A DNA stretch of 37,858 bases from Halorarum halobium (GCF_032116555.1 NZ_CP134949.1:3286001-3323858), one strand, 5' to 3'. Shown: positions 28,195 through 37,858, counted from the first letter of the stretch. The notes: generated by a model not told the origin, from the sequence alone. Program-made: numbers and translations.

Positions 28195-30012
28195 TTAAGC
28201 ACGTCGAAGCGTGCGAGCGTTCCGCCCGCGTGGCGCGGGAATCGACGCCGCACGATCAGCCCCGTCCGACGCCAGATCGTACAACCCCGGCTCGGTGAAC
28301 ACGACGACGGTGTTGCCGTACAGCGCGAAGTCGTACTCCTGCCGGACGTAGCCGTCCAGCAGCGGGGCGACCTCGCCAGCCTCGTCGGCCGCCGCGACCA
28401 CGACCGGCGGCGGGTCCTCGGGCACCGCGTCGGGAGAACGCGCGTACGACGTCTCCGCGCCGGCCCGTTCGGTGTACCACGGGAGCGGGAGCCGGTTGAT
28501 CCACCAGCCGAGCCAGTCCGGGTTCGTCCGCGGCGGCACGGCCGCGACGGATTCGTTCGGCAGCCAGAACTGCTCGCCGTAGTAGAGCACGCCGCCCGAC
28601 CCCGCGGCCGCCTCGACGTCGTTCGACAGCGGGTCGAGGTCGTCCCCCGGTTGTGCACCCTGCGCGAGGAAGTTCACCCGGGGCGTGGGCTCCGAGTAGG
28701 ACGTCGTGACGGCGACGAACCCGGCCTGCGTCCCGACGAGGAGGACGACGCAGGCGAGCGCGGCGGCGGCGAAACGGTCGCCTCCGGTCCACCAGCGCCG
28801 CCCGCTCCGGAGCACCGCGACGGCGCCGACCGAGGCGGGCACCGCGAGCGGGACGAGCGCGTGGACCGCGAGCCAGGGGGCCATGATGTCGGCCGCCAGC
28901 GGGTAGCCGGCGAGCGCGACGAGGCCCCAGGCGGCGGTTGCGACGACCAGGGGACGAGGGGGTCGGCGGGAGTCGTCGGGGACGCCACGGAGCGAACGCG
29001 GGACCGCTCGACGGAGTTCCCCCACGAACCCGAGCAGCGCCGCGCCGTACAGCGCCGCGCCGCCGACGGCGACGCTGCCGAGCAGGTGCGCGAGGAACGG
29101 GAGGTACGGGTGGTCGTGCGTGCCGGCCCAGAGGCTCCCCGCGAACGACTCCCACGCGCCGACGGTCCCGGCCGACAGCACCGCGACCGGCTGGCCGGCG
29201 AGGTCGCCGAGGCCGGGCGAGTAGCCTCGCGGGACGTAGAAGAACCAGGCGACGAGCAGCGCGAGCAGCAGTGCGGGGACCGCCGCCGGGAGCAGCGGTC
29301 GGAGCCGTGTGATCGCGTCGCGGACGGGCGCGGCGGGACCGTCGTCCCCCTCCCTGCCGTTCCACCACAGGACCGCCAGCCCGACGCCCGCGGCCCCCCC
29401 GACGCAGAACAGGTAGACGACGACGTTCTCCTTCGTCGTCAGCGCGAGGCCGAGGAGGAGGCCGGCGGCGAGGAGGTCACGGACCGCGGCCGTTGGCCGT
29501 CTGGGGGCAGTCCGGTACGCGCGATACGCCAGCGCGAACGCCGCGAACGCGAACGCGGCCAGCGGGACGTCGGCGCGGAAGAAGCGCGAGAAGAACAGCA
29601 GCAGCGGGTTGCACGCGAGGAAGGCTGCGAGCGCGACGACCTCGGCGCCCTCCAGCGCGTCGCGGAACGCGAGCGCCGTCAGGGGCAGCGCCGCGCCCAG
29701 CAGTGCGGGAAGCAGGCGGACGACGAACTCGCTCGGACCGAACGCCGAGAGGAGGGGCGCGGTCGCGATCTCGAGGAACGGCCCGTGGACGATGGGCCGG
29801 TAGGCGTAGTGGCCCGTGTCGACGTAGCGGAGCGTCCAGTAGCCGACGCGGGCCTCGTCGAAGTGCATCGCGCGGGCGCCCAGGTCCCACAGCCGGAGGA
29901 CGAGCGCGAGGAGGGCGAGGAGCGCGACCGCGCGCCGGGGGGTGCGAACTGCGGCGTCGAGGGCGCCACGGAGGGTGGCGACCGGCTCTCGCGCGATGCT
30001 ACGGAGCGTCAC
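28195..30012 (-). CDS. TIGR03663/Agl23-like integral membrane protein (GT-C fold, glycosylation associated)
   Basis: LRLWDLGARAMHFDEARVGYW, YRPIVHGPFL, FSRFFRAD, TKEN and RLPLPWY motifs; many TMs. Confidence 0.8.
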   Translation of the reverse strand: MTLRSIAREPVATLRGALDAAVRTPRRAVALLALLALVLRLWDLGARAMHFDEARVGYWTLRYVDTGHYAYRPIVHGPFLEIATAPLLSAFGPSEFVVRLLPALLGAALPLTALAFRDALEGAEVVALAAFLACNPLLLFFSRFFRADVPLAAFAFAAFALAYRAYRTAPRRPTAAVRDLLAAGLLLGLALTTKENVVVYLFCVGGAAGVGLAVLWWNGREGDDGPAAPVRDAITRLRPLLPAAVPALLLALLVAWFFYVPRGYSPGLGDLAGQPVAVLSAGTVGAWESFAGSLWAGTHDHPYLPFLAHLLGSVAVGGAALYGAALLGFVGELRRAVPRSLRGVPDDSRRPPRPLVVATAAWGLVALAGYPLAADIMAPWLAVHALVPLAVPASVGAVAVLRSGRRWWTGGDRFAAAALACVVLLVGTQAGFVAVTTSYSEPTPRVNFLAQGAQPGDDLDPLSNDVEAAAGSGGVLYYGEQFWLPNESVAAVPPRTNPDWLGWWINRLPLPWYTERAGAETSYARSPDAVPEDPPPVVVAAADEAGEVAPLLDGYVRQEYDFALYGNTVVVFTEPGLYDLASDGADRAASIPAPRGRNARTLRRA

Positions 30013-30057
30013 GGGCCCGACTGTGGTGGCCTGGGGTAAGTGTCTTCCCGAGTGGGG

Positions 30058-30423
30058 TCAGCCGACCCGGTCGGCGTCGGTGCGCGTCCGCTCGGACTCG
30101 ACGTTGCCGGTGTTGCGGGTCTCGCTCGGTTCGAACAGCAGGATTTCGGCCGCCTCCTCGGCGACCGGGCGGTGTTCGACCCCTCGCGGGACGACGAGGA
30201 GTTCGCCCTCGCGGAGCAGGACGTCGTCCCCCTCCTCGAACTCGATGCGGACCTCGCCCGACCGAACAAGGAACAGTTCGTCGGCCTCCTCGTGGTGGTG
30301 CCACACGAACTCGCCCTCGACCTTGGCGAGTTTGACCGCCTGTCCGTTGAGTTCGGCCGCGAGCCGCGGTGCCCACTGCTCGTCGAACGACCCGAACGCC
30401 TCGTCCAGGTTGACCTTCTCCAT
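30058..30423 (-). CDS. Cupin domain protein
   Basis: GEFVWHHHEEADELF...VVPRGVEHRP motifs. Confidence 0.92.
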   Translation of the reverse strand: MEKVNLDEAFGSFDEQWAPRLAAELNGQAVKLAKVEGEFVWHHHEEADELFLVRSGEVRIEFEEGDDVLLREGELLVVPRGVEHRPVAEEAAEILLFEPSETRNTGNVESERTRTDADRVG

Positions 30424-30577
30424 ACGCTACGGTCGACGGGCGCGGTGTTGACTCCTCCGCTCACCGTGTCCCCGGGCCGCGACCAGTCGGCCCGACGGCG
30501 CCCGCCTCCGCTCCAACGCGACGCAACGAGCCCGCGGTTCTCCCGGATTTATTGGCATGGACCACCCATTCCCGTCC

Positions 30578-31711
30578 ATGGCAACGCCCGTCATCGCGGC
30601 CGCTCACCGAACGGCGTTCGGCAAGGGCGGCGGCGTCTTCGCCGACACCCGGAGCGAGGACCTGTCCGTCGCGCTCATCGACCACATCCTGGAGTCGTAC
30701 GACATCGACCCCGACGACGTGGACGACCTCATGTGGGGCGTCGCACAGCAGCGCGGCGAGCAGGACAACAACGTCGCGCGAGTCATCGCGCTCCTCTCGG
30801 AACTGGGCGAGAACACGCCCGCGACGAGCATCAACCGCTGGTGTGCCTCCTCGATGCAGGCGGTCATCTCGGCCTCCGACGCCATCGCGGCGGGCAACCG
30901 CGACTGCATCATCGCCGGCGGCGTCGAGAACATGTCCCGCGTGCCGATGGACGGCGACTCCTACGAGCACCTCCACCCGGAACTCTCGGAGGCGTACAAC
31001 GTGTTCCAGCTCCAGATGGGCATGACCGCCGAGAAGGTCGCCGAGGAGTACGACGTCTCCCGGGAGGCCCAGGACGAGTACGCCGCGCGGAGCCACCACC
31101 GCGCCGCGGAGGCGACCGAGTCGGGCCGGTTCGACGACGAGATCGTCCCCATCGAGACCGACGACGGCGTCGTCACCGAGGACGAGGGCATCCGCCCGGA
31201 CACGGACGTCGAGACGCTCGCGGGGCTCCCGCCGGCGTTCACCGGCGACGGCTCGGTGACGGCCGGCAACTCCTCGCAGATCTCTGACGGCGCGGCGGCG
31301 ACGCTCGTCTGCTCGCGCGAGTTCGCGGACGAGCACGGCCTCGACGTCCTCGCGGAAGTGGGGATGAACAACGTCGCCGGCGTCAATCCGACGGTGATGG
31401 GCATCGGCCCGGTGCCGGCCACGCGCGGCCTGCTGGAGCGGAACGGCCGTTCCATCGAGGACTACGACCTCGTGGAACTGAACGAGGCGTTCGCCTCCCA
31501 GTGTGAGTACGCGCGGCGGGAGCTTGGGATTCCGGAGGAGCAGTACAACGTCAACGGCGGCGCCATCGCGATCGGTCACCCGCTGGGTGCCTCGGGTGCG
31601 AGGCTGCCGGTAACGCTGATCCACGAGATGATCGAGCGCGACGTGGACCGCGGACTGGCGACGCTGTGTGTCGGGTTCGGGCAGGGCGCGGCGATCGAGT
31701 TCAGTCGGTAG
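30578..31711 (+). CDS. Thiolase (acetyl-CoA C-acyltransferase)
   Basis: INRWCASS, NEAFA, GHPLGASG and LCVGFGQG motifs; start MATPVI. Confidence 0.95.
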   Translation: MATPVIAAAHRTAFGKGGGVFADTRSEDLSVALIDHILESYDIDPDDVDDLMWGVAQQRGEQDNNVARVIALLSELGENTPATSINRWCASSMQAVISASDAIAAGNRDCIIAGGVENMSRVPMDGDSYEHLHPELSEAYNVFQLQMGMTAEKVAEEYDVSREAQDEYAARSHHRAAEATESGRFDDEIVPIETDDGVVTEDEGIRPDTDVETLAGLPPAFTGDGSVTAGNSSQISDGAAATLVCSREFADEHGLDVLAEVGMNNVAGVNPTVMGIGPVPATRGLLERNGRSIEDYDLVELNEAFASQCEYARRELGIPEEQYNVNGGAIAIGHPLGASGARLPVTLIHEMIERDVDRGLATLCVGFGQGAAIEFSR

Positions 31712-31835
31712 AGGCTGCGTTTTCTGCAGTTCATGATACTTTTCCGTAGGCTGTCGGGTCGAACGGTGGCAAATCGGAGTGGCTTGAAAGCCCCCAGTTG
31801 CTCGGCTTCCACTGCTCGTTCACGGTGACGCAGTT

Positions 31836-32355
31836 CTCGAAAGCCCCCGCGGCTCTCGACTCCCGCGGACCGCGCTGCGCTCCTCGTCACTCGGCCTGCG
31901 GCCTCATTCCTTCGGTGCTTGCGGGTCCGGGGTTCGCCGAGAGCCGCGGCCCCTTTCAGTCCCACCCAACCGCCACCGCACCGCACAGCCACACGCCTCC
32001 CCAACCGATTCGCTCGGTCGGCTCGCTTCGCTCGCCGCCCTTCACTCATCCCTCGCGCGACGGCGGCGGACACGGAGGTCCGCCAGCCGCGCGCCACCGC
32101 ACTCCCTGGTCAAACCTCGTGGCGCGCGGCGGCCAAGCGAAGCGCGGCCGCTCGTGCGAGGGACGAGCACCACAGCCTGCGCGACCGGAGGGAGCGCAGG
32201 AGGCTGGGGAGGGCGAGGTGCGGTCGCGGTGGGTGGGACTGAAAGGGGCCGTGGCGCTGGACGCAGGCGCGGACCGTCAAGCACCACAGCGCGAGCGAAG
32301 CGAGCGCGAGGAGCGCAGCGGCCGCACCGAGTCCAGCGCCACGGGGGCTTTCGAG
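31836..32355. repeat. Composite inverted intergenic repeat: two hairpin-forming units in inverted orientation
   Basis: Perfect 14-bp termini CTCGAAAGCCCCCG (31836-31849) and CGGGGGCTTTCGAG (32342-32355); perfect 21-bp inverted pair 31948-31968 and 32230-32250; an internal stem in each unit. Confidence 0.85.
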
Positions 32356-32463
32356 GCAATCGAAGTAGCCCAACCACACCAATCACTTCGAGCGCCAGCA
32401 ATCCGTGCTAACCACTCGAACGGACCCGACACGGTTTTGCGGCCCCCACAAGAAGCGACGACA

Positions 32464-33846
32464 ATGATTTCGCGGCAGCTCCTCCGGGACGACCCCGAGA
32501 CCGTCCGAGAGGCCCTCGAAAACAAGGGCGTCGAGGACGTCGACCTCGACCGCATCATCGAGCTGGACGACGAGTGGCGCGACCTCAAGGGACGCGGCGA
32601 CACGCTGCGACACGAGCGCAACCAGGTGTCCTCGAAGATCGGCGAACTCAAACAGGCGGGCGAGGAGGAGGCGGCCCGGGAGGCCATCGAGAAGTCGGGC
32701 GAACTCAAGGCCGAACTCGAGGGAATCGAGGAGCGCGCCGACGAACTCGAGGACGAACTCCACGAGGCGATGCTCCGCCTCCCGCAGATTCCCCAGGACG
32801 ACGTCCCCGTCGGCGAGGACGAGGACGAGAACGTCGAGCGTCGGCGCGAGGGGTTCGACGACCTGCGCGCGCTCCCCGACGAGGTCGTCCCCCACTACGA
32901 CCTGGGCGAGGAGCTCGACGTCCTCGACTTCGAGCGCGGCGCGAAGGTGTCGGGCGGCGGGTTCTACTTCGCGAAGGGCGAGGGCGCGATGCTCGAACAC
33001 GCCCTGATCCAGTTCATGCTCGAACTCCACCGCGAGCAGGGGTACGTCGACGTGTTCCCGCCCATCCCCGTCAAGTCGCGCTCGATGGAGGGCACCGGCC
33101 AGTTCCCGAAGTTCACCGAGGACGCCTACCGGCTCGAGGGCGACAACGAGGAGCCGTACGACGACGACGACCTCTGGCTGCTCCCGACCGCCGAGGTGCC
33201 GGTGACGAACATGTACCGCGACGAGATCCTGCTGGACGACGACCTCCCGATCAAACACCAGGCGTACTCGCCGAACTTCCGCCAGGAGGCCGGCGAGCAC
33301 GGCACCGAGACCAGAGGCATCGTCCGCGTCCACCAGTTCAACAAGGTGGAGATGGTGAACTTCGTCCGGCCCGAGGAGAGCGACGAGCGCTTCGAGGGCC
33401 TCGTCGACGAGGCCGAGGAGGTGCTGCGGCGCCTCGACCTCCCGTACCGCATCCTGGAGATGTGCACCGGTGACCTCGGGTTCACGCAGGCGAAGAAGTA
33501 CGACGTCGAGGTGTGGGCGCCCGCCGACGACATGGCCGACGGTCCCGAGGAGGGCGGCCGCTGGCTGGAGGTGTCGTCGGTGTCGAACTTCGAGGACTTT
33601 CAGGCCCGACGGGCGGGCCTGCGCTACCGGCCCGAGCGCCACGAGTCGGCCGAGTACCTCCACACGCTGAACGGGTCGGGGCTCGCCGTCCCCCGAATCG
33701 TCGTCGCCATCATGGAGTACTACCAGAACGACGACGGCACGGTCGGGGTGCCCGAACCGCTCCGGCCGTACATGGGCGGCCGCGAGGTCATCGAGGGGAG
33801 CGAGAAGGTCGGCGAGTCGGCCGTCGGCGCGGGCGAGAAGGAGTAG
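32464..33846 (+). CDS. serS: Serine--tRNA ligase
   Basis: N-terminal coiled coil, PTAEVP, FRQEAG...RGIVRVHQFNKVE, EVSSVSN and HTLNGSGLAVPR motifs; start MISRQLL. Confidence 0.97.
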   Translation: MISRQLLRDDPETVREALENKGVEDVDLDRIIELDDEWRDLKGRGDTLRHERNQVSSKIGELKQAGEEEAAREAIEKSGELKAELEGIEERADELEDELHEAMLRLPQIPQDDVPVGEDEDENVERRREGFDDLRALPDEVVPHYDLGEELDVLDFERGAKVSGGGFYFAKGEGAMLEHALIQFMLELHREQGYVDVFPPIPVKSRSMEGTGQFPKFTEDAYRLEGDNEEPYDDDDLWLLPTAEVPVTNMYRDEILLDDDLPIKHQAYSPNFRQEAGEHGTETRGIVRVHQFNKVEMVNFVRPEESDERFEGLVDEAEEVLRRLDLPYRILEMCTGDLGFTQAKKYDVEVWAPADDMADGPEEGGRWLEVSSVSNFEDFQARRAGLRYRPERHESAEYLHTLNGSGLAVPRIVVAIMEYYQNDDGTVGVPEPLRPYMGGREVIEGSEKVGESAVGAGEKE

Positions 33847-34088
33847 GCAGGGGGAGCGGAGACGGCGACGGAGTGGCGGGCGACGGGCCGGCCGCCGGGG
33901 ACGGCACCGGACGGAGCGACTCGCGTAACGGTTCGCGCGGAACGGTAACTGGTTAACAGTCTTTTGCGGGTTCGTGCCGAATTCGACGGACGATGCCACG
34001 ACCAGGAGTGACCCCCCGGGCGCGCCGTGTGGAACCGGATCGACGCCGCCGAGGAGGAACGGCCGGTCGGAACGGGGGGTGTCGCTGA

Positions 34089-35042
34089 ATGGTCGAACTC
34101 GGCTACACGCTCTCCAGCGAGGAGCACCCGCCGACCGACCTGGTCGAACACGCCGCCAGGGCCGAGGAAACCGGATTCGACTTCCTCTCCGTCTCGGACC
34201 ACTTCCACCCGTGGATCGGGAAGCAGGGCCACAGTCCGTTCGCCTGGGCGACGCTCGGCGGGGTGTCCCGGGCCATCGAGGACGTCCCCGTCGGCGTCGG
34301 CGTGAACTGCCCCATCATGCGGATCCACCCCGCTAACGTCGCGCAGGCGGCCGCGACGGTCGCCGACATGCTGCCCGACGGGTTCGTCCTCGGCGTCGGC
34401 ACCGGGGAACTGCTCAACGAGCACGTCGTCGGCGAGCACTGGCCCGAACACGCCACGCGACTGGAGATGCTCGAGGAGGCGGTCGAAATCATCAGGACGC
34501 TCTGGCGGGGCGGCCAGCGAAGCTACCGCGGCGAGCACTTCACCGTCCAGAACGCGCGGCTGTTCACGCTGCCCGACGAGCCGCCGCCGATCCTCGTCTC
34601 GGCCTACGGCCCCAGGGCGGCCACCGCGGCCGCCGAGTTCGGCGACGGCCTCTGGACGGTCGGGCCCCAGGACGTCGTGAACACGTGGGCGGACGCGGGC
34701 GGCGAGGGGCCCCGCTACACCCAGCTCTCGGTCTGTTACGCCGAGGACGAGGAGGAGGCCGTCGAGACGGCCCACGAGTGGTGGCCGAACTCGGCGCTGC
34801 CCGGGGAACTCGCCGGCCACCTGCCGACGCCGACCCACTTCGAGCAGGCGTGCGAGATGGTCTCGACGGAGGATATCAGGGAGTCGAGCATCCTCACCGA
34901 CCCGAACCCGGCGGCCCACGTCACGAGCATCGAGGAGGCGGTCGACGCCGGGTACGACCACGTCTACGTCCACCAGATCGGCCCCGATCAGGCGTCGTTC
35001 TTCGAGTTCTACGGGGAGGAGGTGCTTCCGGCGTTCGAGTGA
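34089..35042 (+). CDS. F420-dependent LLM-class oxidoreductase (TIGR03557/G6PDH-like)
   Basis: SSEEH, SDHFHPW, GVGTGELLNEH and VHQIGPDQ motifs. Confidence 0.9.
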   Translation: MVELGYTLSSEEHPPTDLVEHAARAEETGFDFLSVSDHFHPWIGKQGHSPFAWATLGGVSRAIEDVPVGVGVNCPIMRIHPANVAQAAATVADMLPDGFVLGVGTGELLNEHVVGEHWPEHATRLEMLEEAVEIIRTLWRGGQRSYRGEHFTVQNARLFTLPDEPPPILVSAYGPRAATAAAEFGDGLWTVGPQDVVNTWADAGGEGPRYTQLSVCYAEDEEEAVETAHEWWPNSALPGELAGHLPTPTHFEQACEMVSTEDIRESSILTDPNPAAHVTSIEEAVDAGYDHVYVHQIGPDQASFFEFYGEEVLPAFE

Positions 35043-35049
35043 GTCGACC

Positions 35050-35433
35050 TCATCGTTCCGGGTGGGAGTCGGTGTAGGTGGTTAGTTCGTGGACGGTACC
35101 GTCCGCGACCCGGAACACGTCGACGAAACTGAACAGGTCCTCGCCGTCCTCGGTTCGGAGGCGGCCGCGGACGACGACTTCGACCGCGTCTCCGGCGTCG
35201 TCGTGCCCGTCGCCGTCGCCGGCGTCGGTCTCCCGGTACACGGCCCCGACCTCGTGGACCGTGTCGGTCCGCGGGCGCTCCTCGCGCATGAACCGGACGA
35301 ACGCGTCGCGGCCCGAGAGCGTCCTGTCGGGGCGGTCGTGGGTGAACTCGGGGTGGAGAAGCGCCGCGAGCGAGTCGTCGTCGCCACCGTCGATGGCTTC
35401 GTAGTAGCGTCGGGCGGCCTCCTCCGCGTTCAT
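35050..35433 (-). CDS. NTF2/SnoaL-like protein
   Basis: ARRYYEAID...[11 protein letters not shown]...GRDAFVRFM...FVDVF pattern. Confidence 0.85.
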   Translation of the reverse strand: MNAEEAARRYYEAIDGGDDDSLAALLHPEFTHDRPDRTLSGRDAFVRFMREERPRTDTVHEVGAVYRETDAGDGDGHDDAGDAVEVVVRGRLRTEDGEDLFSFVDVFRVADGTVHELTTYTDSHPER

Positions 35434-35527
35434 CTCGAGTGGAGGTTTCGGACGGGGTCGCTTGAATCGGTCGGCTATTCCGCGTTTTCGCGTTCACCAC
35501 GGCGACTGCTGTCGACGGCACGGTCCC

Positions 35528-35562
35528 CTCGGAAGCCCCCACGGCCCCTTCCAGTCCCACCC
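35528..35562. repeat. Collapsed copy of the repeat unit (inner hairpin missing)
   Basis: CTCGGAAGCCCCCACGGCCCCTTCCAGTCCCACCC joins the two ends of the 31836-31968 unit. Confidence 0.7.
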
Positions 35563-35682
35563 GGAGGGCGGTTCGGCCGAGCGTCGTCCCTCGAGGATTC
35601 TAATCGTTCGGTGGAATCCGGCCGGTCGTCGGCCCGTCCCCTGCTCCGGGTCGCTTATGCCGGCATGGCACCGAGTCGGGGT

Positions 35683-36216
35683 GTGGACCTGCACGTCAGG
35701 TACGAGGGCGACGACGACCCCGACAAGTGCACGGCGCGAAAGCTCGCGCGCTTCGACCTCGCCGAACTCCACCGGTCGGACCGCGCGACGCCGTACGGAG
35801 TCGTGCTCAACCCCCACGCCGAGCGCGCGCTCTCACCCGCGGACGGGGCGGATGAGGACGCCTCCGCTGCCGATACGGACGCAGCGAGGGAGGACCGGCC
35901 GCTCGTCGCGCTCGACTGCTCGTGGGAGTCGGCCGGGGAGGCCCGCTTCTCGCTCCCCGGCGAACACCGCGCGCTCCCGTACCTCGTCGCCGCGAACCCG
36001 GTCAACTTCGGCCGCCCGATGCGGCTCACGACCGTCGAGGCGCTCGCCGCGGCGCTTTGCATCTTCGGCGAGACCGACCACGCCGAGCGGATCCTCTCGA
36101 AGTTCACCTGGGGCGGGACGTTCCTCGAACTGAACGAGGAGCCCCTCCGTCGATACGGCGACTGTGCCGACTCCGCCGAGGTCGTCGAGATCCAGGCCGA
36201 GTACATCGACCGCTGA
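35683..36216 (+). CDS. tsr3: SSU rRNA aminocarboxypropyltransferase Tsr3 (DUF367)
   Basis: [37 protein letters not shown] and [11 protein letters not shown] motifs. Start GTG 35683 or ATG 35665. Confidence 0.93.
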   Translation: MDLHVRYEGDDDPDKCTARKLARFDLAELHRSDRATPYGVVLNPHAERALSPADGADEDASAADTDAAREDRPLVALDCSWESAGEARFSLPGEHRALPYLVAANPVNFGRPMRLTTVEALAAALCIFGETDHAERILSKFTWGGTFLELNEEPLRRYGDCADSAEVVEIQAEYIDR

Positions 36217-36300
36217 CGGTCGGGTCGGGGTCGTCCGGCGCCCTTCCCGGGCCGCCGTCGCTCGGCGACCCACGACCGCAGGCCGTGTTCCCCGCCGATG

Positions 36301-36663
36301 CTACGCGAGGAGGCCGCCGACCGCGCCGGCGATCGCCGAGTCGAGCGCGAACACCAGCGTCACGAGCAGGCCGAAGACGAGGAGCCCGGTTCCGGCGACC
36401 GCGCCGCCGAACGGCCCGCCGCCCGCGAGCCCGAGGACGCCGCCGAACAGCGCGAGCACGATCGTGAACGCGATGCCGGTGAGCGAGCCCGCGATCGCGC
36501 CGTGGACCGCGCCGGTTCCGACCCCGCCGCCCGCGAGGTAGCCGGCCACGAGTCCGCCGACGATTCCCGCGCCGAGCTGGCCGACCACGGGGATCGCCGT
36601 GCCGAACACCGCGACCACGAGGAACGTGACGAACCCCCAGCCGACCGCGCGCCAGTCAACCAT
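36301..36663 (-). CDS. DUF5518-like small membrane protein
   Basis: MVDWRAVGWG...GGLVAGYLAG...GAVHG; Gly-rich TM helices. Confidence 0.8.
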   Translation of the reverse strand: MVDWRAVGWGFVTFLVVAVFGTAIPVVGQLGAGIVGGLVAGYLAGGGVGTGAVHGAIAGSLTGIAFTIVLALFGGVLGLAGGGPFGGAVAGTGLLVFGLLVTLVFALDSAIAGAVGGLLA

Positions 36664-36690
36664 ACCGGTCCCGAGGCGACCGGGCCGTAT

Positions 36691-37452
36691 CTACGTTTCC
36701 CCGTCGCCGGCGAGCAGCCCCTCGACGTCCCGGGCGTTCAGTTGCTCGTCGGTCGGGATGAACAGCCGGTCCGTCTCGGGGTCGTACACCGAGTCCGCCG
36801 GCACGGCGTCGGTCGGGGGCGCCGTGACGTCACGGTCCGGGTCGGCGCGCCAGCCGGGCGTCCCGCGACGCTCGGCAGCCCGCTCGACGGCCGCCTCCAC
36901 GGTCGCCGCGTCGACGCCCCGGCGCTCGGCCCACTCGGCCGCCGGGACGCCCATCGCGCCGACCGCCCAGGCGTCGAGCGCCGCCGCCGGGTCCATCCCG
37001 GCGTCGAGCAGGTCGGAGACGGTTTCGAGCGCGTGCCCCTCCGTCGTCCGCCAGGACTCGGGCTTGTTCACCCGGACCGGATAGAGGAACGGCGCGTCGT
37101 ACTCCTTCGCGAGGCTCCGCGGGAACGAGACGGTGCGACCCTCCGACTCCTGGAGCGACCGGAGGTTCGTCGCGGCAGCGGCCGCGAGCAGGTCGTCGTC
37201 CATCTCGTAGCCCGCCCGCTCCAGCGCCGCTTCGAGTTCGCGGAAGCCGAACGCGAACCAGGCCGCGTCCGACCGCTCGAGCAGGAGGTGGTCCGGCCCA
37301 TCGGCGTCGCGCGCGTCGGTGAACTCCCCGGCGAGTCGGTCGCGGACGGCGTCGTGGAGCGTCCGCAGTCCGACCTTCACGTCGGTCGGCTCGAAGTCGG
37401 TGTTCGACGCGACGGCCTCGATGACCGCGTCGTCGATGGCCGGCCTGTGCAT
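36691..37452 (-). CDS. Hypothetical protein with possible C-terminal HTH
   Basis: Acidic 253-aa ORF with halophilic composition; PAAALDAWA...AEWAERRGVDAATVEAAV is HTH-like. Confidence 0.7.
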   Translation of the reverse strand: MHRPAIDDAVIEAVASNTDFEPTDVKVGLRTLHDAVRDRLAGEFTDARDADGPDHLLLERSDAAWFAFGFRELEAALERAGYEMDDDLLAAAAATNLRSLQESEGRTVSFPRSLAKEYDAPFLYPVRVNKPESWRTTEGHALETVSDLLDAGMDPAAALDAWAVGAMGVPAAEWAERRGVDAATVEAAVERAAERRGTPGWRADPDRDVTAPPTDAVPADSVYDPETDRLFIPTDEQLNARDVEGLLAGDGET

Positions 37453-37560
37453 ACCGGACCGCTCGGGCGATGCGGGAAGAAGTTTCCCCTCGGGGTATCA
37501 GGTCCGAATGGTGGCCCGGCCGGAATCGGATTTTACGCCGCTGCCACGAACTCCGGGGCG

Positions 37561-37767
37561 ATGTTCGGCGATCCTCCCGAGGCGGTCGAGCGCATCGTCG
37601 GCGACCCGGTGCTGCGGATCGGTGTGGCGGCGCTCGCGCCGGACGCGGTCGTCGCCGCCGCCGACCCGCCGGCGTCCCGCTCGGCCGTCTTCGGCGTCGC
37701 CGTGGTCCTCGTCGTCCTGCGGCTCCGCTACCGGCTGCACACGTACCCGCCGGCCGGCGCGGCGTAG
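37561..37767 (+). CDS. Possible small membrane protein (68 aa)
   Basis: ATG about 25-30 nt after TTTTA; hydrophobic FGVAVVLVVL segment. Confidence 0.35.
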   Translation: MFGDPPEAVERIVGDPVLRIGVAALAPDAVVAAADPPASRSAVFGVAVVLVVLRLRYRLHTYPPAGAA

Positions 37768-37858
37768 TCGGGTATGATCGTGAGATTCCGCGGGACGACG
37801 TGGGTCCGGGAGGCCTCCCGGACGCCAGCGGGATCGACGGCCACGGAGCTCTCGAGGC

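Noticed and set aside
31780..32360. CRISPR array or tRNA
   Set aside because: The repeats are inverted and modular, not regularly spaced direct repeats; no cloverleaf and no cas genes.
31798..32463. N-terminal extension of SerS in the ORF track
   Set aside because: The frame runs through the repeat element; SerS homology starts at ATG 32464.
33948..33960. Palindrome ACTGGTTAACAGT between serS and the LLM gene
   Set aside because: Short, imperfect and far from the next start; cannot be told apart from chance or a terminator-associated sequence.

Overview
High-GC haloarchaeal (Halobacteria) chromosomal segment with acidic proteins and mostly short TATA-to-ATG spacings; it is mainly housekeeping. 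In order it carries: a cobalt/cobalamin module (5' part of cobN, divergent cbtB-cbtA-thioredoxin-like ferredoxin); a TetR and SDR pair; DUF5783 and NifU-like genes; a sulfatase-fold protein; panE; and a rubredoxin-like protein. A genome-maintenance cluster follows: intein-free PolD large subunit, PPC-domain protein, Orc1/Cdc6, and a MutS5-like gene divergent from mutS-mutL, with a nucleoside phosphorylase and Hsp20 in between. The rest encodes a Zn-finger protein, an MBL hydrolase, an AAA ATPase, an Agl23-like membrane protein, a cupin, a thiolase, serS, an F420-dependent LLM oxidoreductase, an NTF2-like protein, tsr3 and DUF5518. No rRNA, tRNA, CRISPR array or transposase was seen. Four things stand out. 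(1) A dispersed intergenic repeat family whose hairpins show compensatory base changes between copies; the largest instance is a ~520-bp inverted pair before serS. (2) Two AT-richer islets, each pairing an uncharacterised membrane protein with a small protein missing from the ORF track. (3) A CbtA with a large His-flanked inserted domain. (4) A MutS whose Phe-X-Glu mismatch motif reads Phe-Tyr-Lys. All family assignments come from motif recognition; no database search was run.
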